NCBI GenBank assembly: GCA_048772705.1
Contig: JBLWGC010000143.1
Coordinates: 22,688 to 86,687, forward strand
DNA: 64,000 nucleotides
Direction: 5' to 3'
Origin: Leidyana gryllorum EB-2025a
Lineage: Eukaryota > Protista > Apicomplexa
Shown here: piece by piece, positions 61,383 to 64,000 of the stretch
Layout of the letters: every line of letters begins with the position of its first letter
How positions within the stretch are numbered: the first letter of the stretch is position 1
Position numbers and translations under genes: made by a program
Notes under the pieces: model-generated
Seen by the model: the letters and a program-made list of their open reading frames with translations, nothing else
What the model was told of the DNA's origin: nothing
The model's database searches: none

Positions 61383-63206
61383 ATGCTAGCCCACTCAAGC
61401 TTGAATGGCTCGCTGTCTTTTAGAGCTGCAGAGGATGGTAGAGAAGACGCGAGGCTAGTATCTTCAGCCACCACAGTGATTCCACCGCCTTACTTTCGGA
61501 AGAAAGCTGTTGTGGAACGGGGCCGAGGATACCGCTCAACGTCGCTAGACGGCGGCTATACAACCATAGGTCCCCGCACACGGCGTCGCATAGGCGTGCC
61601 ACCACTGGAGAGACCGTTGGTGGGCAGAATCAAAAACCCACTTCACGAATACAAGGAGAATCCTCACAATGCGGCTTGGCAGGAATTCGTCCGAGCCTAT
61701 CGGAACCGCAAAGGCAAGGGAGAGGCGAACGCCGGGACGGGTATGCGTCGGCCCGCTGGTCAAATGAACCCGACCTCGCCTTCCCAATTGTCAACGGCTA
61801 CACATGTACACGCGGAACAGTACCCAGAAGAAATGTCGGTATCGCCGGCACAACAGGAGCAACCCCGAGCACCACCGACACCGTTACTGATGGAGAATCC
61901 TCCGACAGTTGAACAAGAAATCGTGATTGAGCGAACAGTGGAGAGACCATTAGACGCTCAACCGCGCCCCCCTCCCCCCGAAGTCAATAGGACGACACCG
62001 CAACCGATTGTTGTCGAGCCATTAAATCTGAATCAAATTCGAGCCTTCGGTCAACTTCATCCAATTGATATCTCGCAAATTCCTGTCACACCGTTCGGCG
62101 AGCCACAGATGCTGCCCAATGTCCCTCAGGGGCCGCCACCTCCGTCAAGGCCCCAAACTCCCACAATTTATCCCTCTCACGCCGTACAGGAATTGATCTA
62201 TCAGGGCGGCTGGCTGGTTCAAGGCGAGCCGGTAGCCGTGCAGGGCCGTCCAGTGACTGTACGGGGCCAGACGCCCGCCTACAGCTCGCATGTGGACGCC
62301 TCTGCCATGATCCCTGCGAGACCACAACAGGAAGGCCCGTCCTATCCGGTCTCCCAGCAGTCGATTTCGATCAATGCACAGCAAGAAAGGCGGGCGGCGA
62401 ACACTGTGAACCCTTCTGCCGGTCCACAATTACAACAGTTCTCTTTCTCTCTCCCCTCTCACCCTCACAATCAGTGTGTCAATGTAATGCCGCAACAACA
62501 CGCGGTCCTGGTGCATTCGCCCCCAATTTCGGGACCAATTCCACGAGTTCTCCCTCCTCAAGTTATACCTTTGATCAATCAAAGTGTACGCTCTCCGGAG
62601 GGTACCCCGATGACTGGCCCCCAAACAGCCGAAATCCATAGCGCTGTAGTTGTACAGCAGCAGCCGCCGCCTCAGCAAATGAGTGGGCCACCGCCTGTCG
62701 TTCTGGATGTTGATCCCCGCTACGTGGTGGCGCCCCCTCCCGAGGTGCCCGAACCAAGTGGCATGATGTCGATGCCGAGGGCGGCTGGTGTGGAGCCTTC
62801 TACCACTTTGGCCCCGAGTTCTGTACCTCGTATGGACGAGAGGCCGGCCCCTCGTTTCTTTTGTGGTGGTGGTTTTCAGCGAAGACTCAGTTCCACGGTC
62901 ACCCCTCAAGCGTCGTCTCCTGTGAGATTCCAAAGCGATGTCTCGCCTCCGGTGACTTACGTGACTCAGTACTACACGGAATACACGGAGGAGCAGCAGA
63001 CAGGACACGACGACGGAAATGGCGAAACGACGACTGTGAGTCCAGCTCCACTTGACATGGTGGAGCAAGAAGAAGAAGAGATAGACGAGCAATCCTTCCA
63101 GAGCGTGTCTACTCGTCCACCCTACTACTCACAGCAAGTCGGGAACTTCAACCCGAATGGGTCTTTCAGGAAGGGTGGCTTGCGCCGTGCATGTGCGTAT
63201 TGCTAG
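61383..63206 (+). CDS. Pro/Gln/Val-rich low-complexity protein ending RRACAYC
   Basis: Single 607-codon ORF from ATG 61383. Confidence 0.7.
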   Translation: MLAHSSLNGSLSFRAAEDGREDARLVSSATTVIPPPYFRKKAVVERGRGYRSTSLDGGYTTIGPRTRRRIGVPPLERPLVGRIKNPLHEYKENPHNAAWQEFVRAYRNRKGKGEANAGTGMRRPAGQMNPTSPSQLSTATHVHAEQYPEEMSVSPAQQEQPRAPPTPLLMENPPTVEQEIVIERTVERPLDAQPRPPPPEVNRTTPQPIVVEPLNLNQIRAFGQLHPIDISQIPVTPFGEPQMLPNVPQGPPPPSRPQTPTIYPSHAVQELIYQGGWLVQGEPVAVQGRPVTVRGQTPAYSSHVDASAMIPARPQQEGPSYPVSQQSISINAQQERRAANTVNPSAGPQLQQFSFSLPSHPHNQCVNVMPQQHAVLVHSPPISGPIPRVLPPQVIPLINQSVRSPEGTPMTGPQTAEIHSAVVVQQQPPPQQMSGPPPVVLDVDPRYVVAPPPEVPEPSGMMSMPRAAGVEPSTTLAPSSVPRMDERPAPRFFCGGGFQRRLSSTVTPQASSPVRFQSDVSPPVTYVTQYYTEYTEEQQTGHDDGNGETTTVSPAPLDMVEQEEEEIDEQSFQSVSTRPPYYSQQVGNFNPNGSFRKGGLRRACAYC

Positions 63207-63222
63207 TTTTCCATTGGCCGGA

Positions 63223-63843
63223 ATGAGAGTCTACTTTTTGTTATGGCTGGCGTGTGTGATAGGCGAAGATGTGACGATAAGATATGGTGACTTAGAAATT
63301 CGCGAAGAAACGGACGCGTTACTACAGATTGTCGAAAGAATAGGAACGATCAAACGAGGAGTGGCTTTGTTTCGTACTACGTCTGAACTCAGCACCGCAC
63401 TGACCTCCAATCTCAGCTTCGCAAGTGTGGTTGGCCACAATGGAACGCAATATTTCACACGCGTTTTGGCTCAACTGAAGAACGAGATGCGGATTAGCAT
63501 CGCTGCTGTGGATGCCACGCTGCGTATCATCGTTCACGACAAAGATCGCTTCCGACCTCATCTAGCAGCTTTCGGTAAGCTATTGCCGCCGCTCATCGGC
63601 CTGGAGTACGGCTTTTTGTGTGACAACCCATCCGACAACCCCCTCCACGATGAGATCAGACGCGCAGCGCAGGCAGTCATCTCCTTCCTCAACATGAAAC
63701 TTGACATCTTCCAACAAAGCACCAATCAATCAACTTTGCACAAGGATGTCGTTAGAATCCTCGAAGGGCTAAGACGGCCAGCTGAGGCGCTTGCCACACA
63801 CTTCGCGGAGGAAGCGGGCTCAGCAGCCGATGAAGCCGAGTGA
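63223..63843 (+). CDS. Hypothetical secreted protein (may continue after an intron)
   Basis: MRVYFLLWLACVIG signal-like start within ORF 63157-63843. Confidence 0.55.
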   Translation: MRVYFLLWLACVIGEDVTIRYGDLEIREETDALLQIVERIGTIKRGVALFRTTSELSTALTSNLSFASVVGHNGTQYFTRVLAQLKNEMRISIAAVDATLRIIVHDKDRFRPHLAAFGKLLPPLIGLEYGFLCDNPSDNPLHDEIRRAAQAVISFLNMKLDIFQQSTNQSTLHKDVVRILEGLRRPAEALATHFAEEAGSAADEAE

Positions 63844-64000
63844 TACATGCAATGGAACGACGAAAGTTACTCAAAGGTCTTCAGTACCATTTGCAGCATT
63901 GATTATTCGCTTTAGCTCGCCGGTAGAACTGCTCACTTGCCTTGGAAAGATCATCCGTCTTTTCCATCAGTGACTCTAGGTGTTCTCCACGTTTCAGCAG

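Noticed and set aside
1-64000. Frameshifts or pseudogenes suggested by fragmented ORFs, or an alternative genetic code
   Set aside because: Breaks examined are explained by short GT-AG introns, and TAA, TAG and TGA all act as stops

Overview
Eukaryotic nuclear DNA from a very compact alveolate genome, most likely a gregarine-like apicomplexan. Support for that assignment: a CDPK6-type kinase, an MDR1-like ABC transporter with apicomplexan-style NBD insertions, an integrin-beta-type vWA secreted protein, and many short GT-AG introns of about 43-50 nt. About 29 intron-containing genes are packed with gaps often under 70 nt. Housekeeping genes (PZP chromatin reader, CDPK, aquaporin, AspRS, ABCB1, nucleolin-like, Tim17, QSOX, kinesin-4, CTF4) flank a surface/host-interaction island containing four tandem GPI-anchored GH18 chitinases and a vWA protein. 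The best unexplained signals are non-coding: a 332-nt intron in a PI-PLC gene that folds into a strand-asymmetric multibranch structure, and a ~580-nt gap holding two degenerate tandem ~290-nt units with stems. Also notable are a Nug1/GNL3 homologue reduced to its N-terminal domain and extreme gene packing. Exon structures were inferred by eye; no rRNA, tRNA, CRISPR or transposase was recognised.
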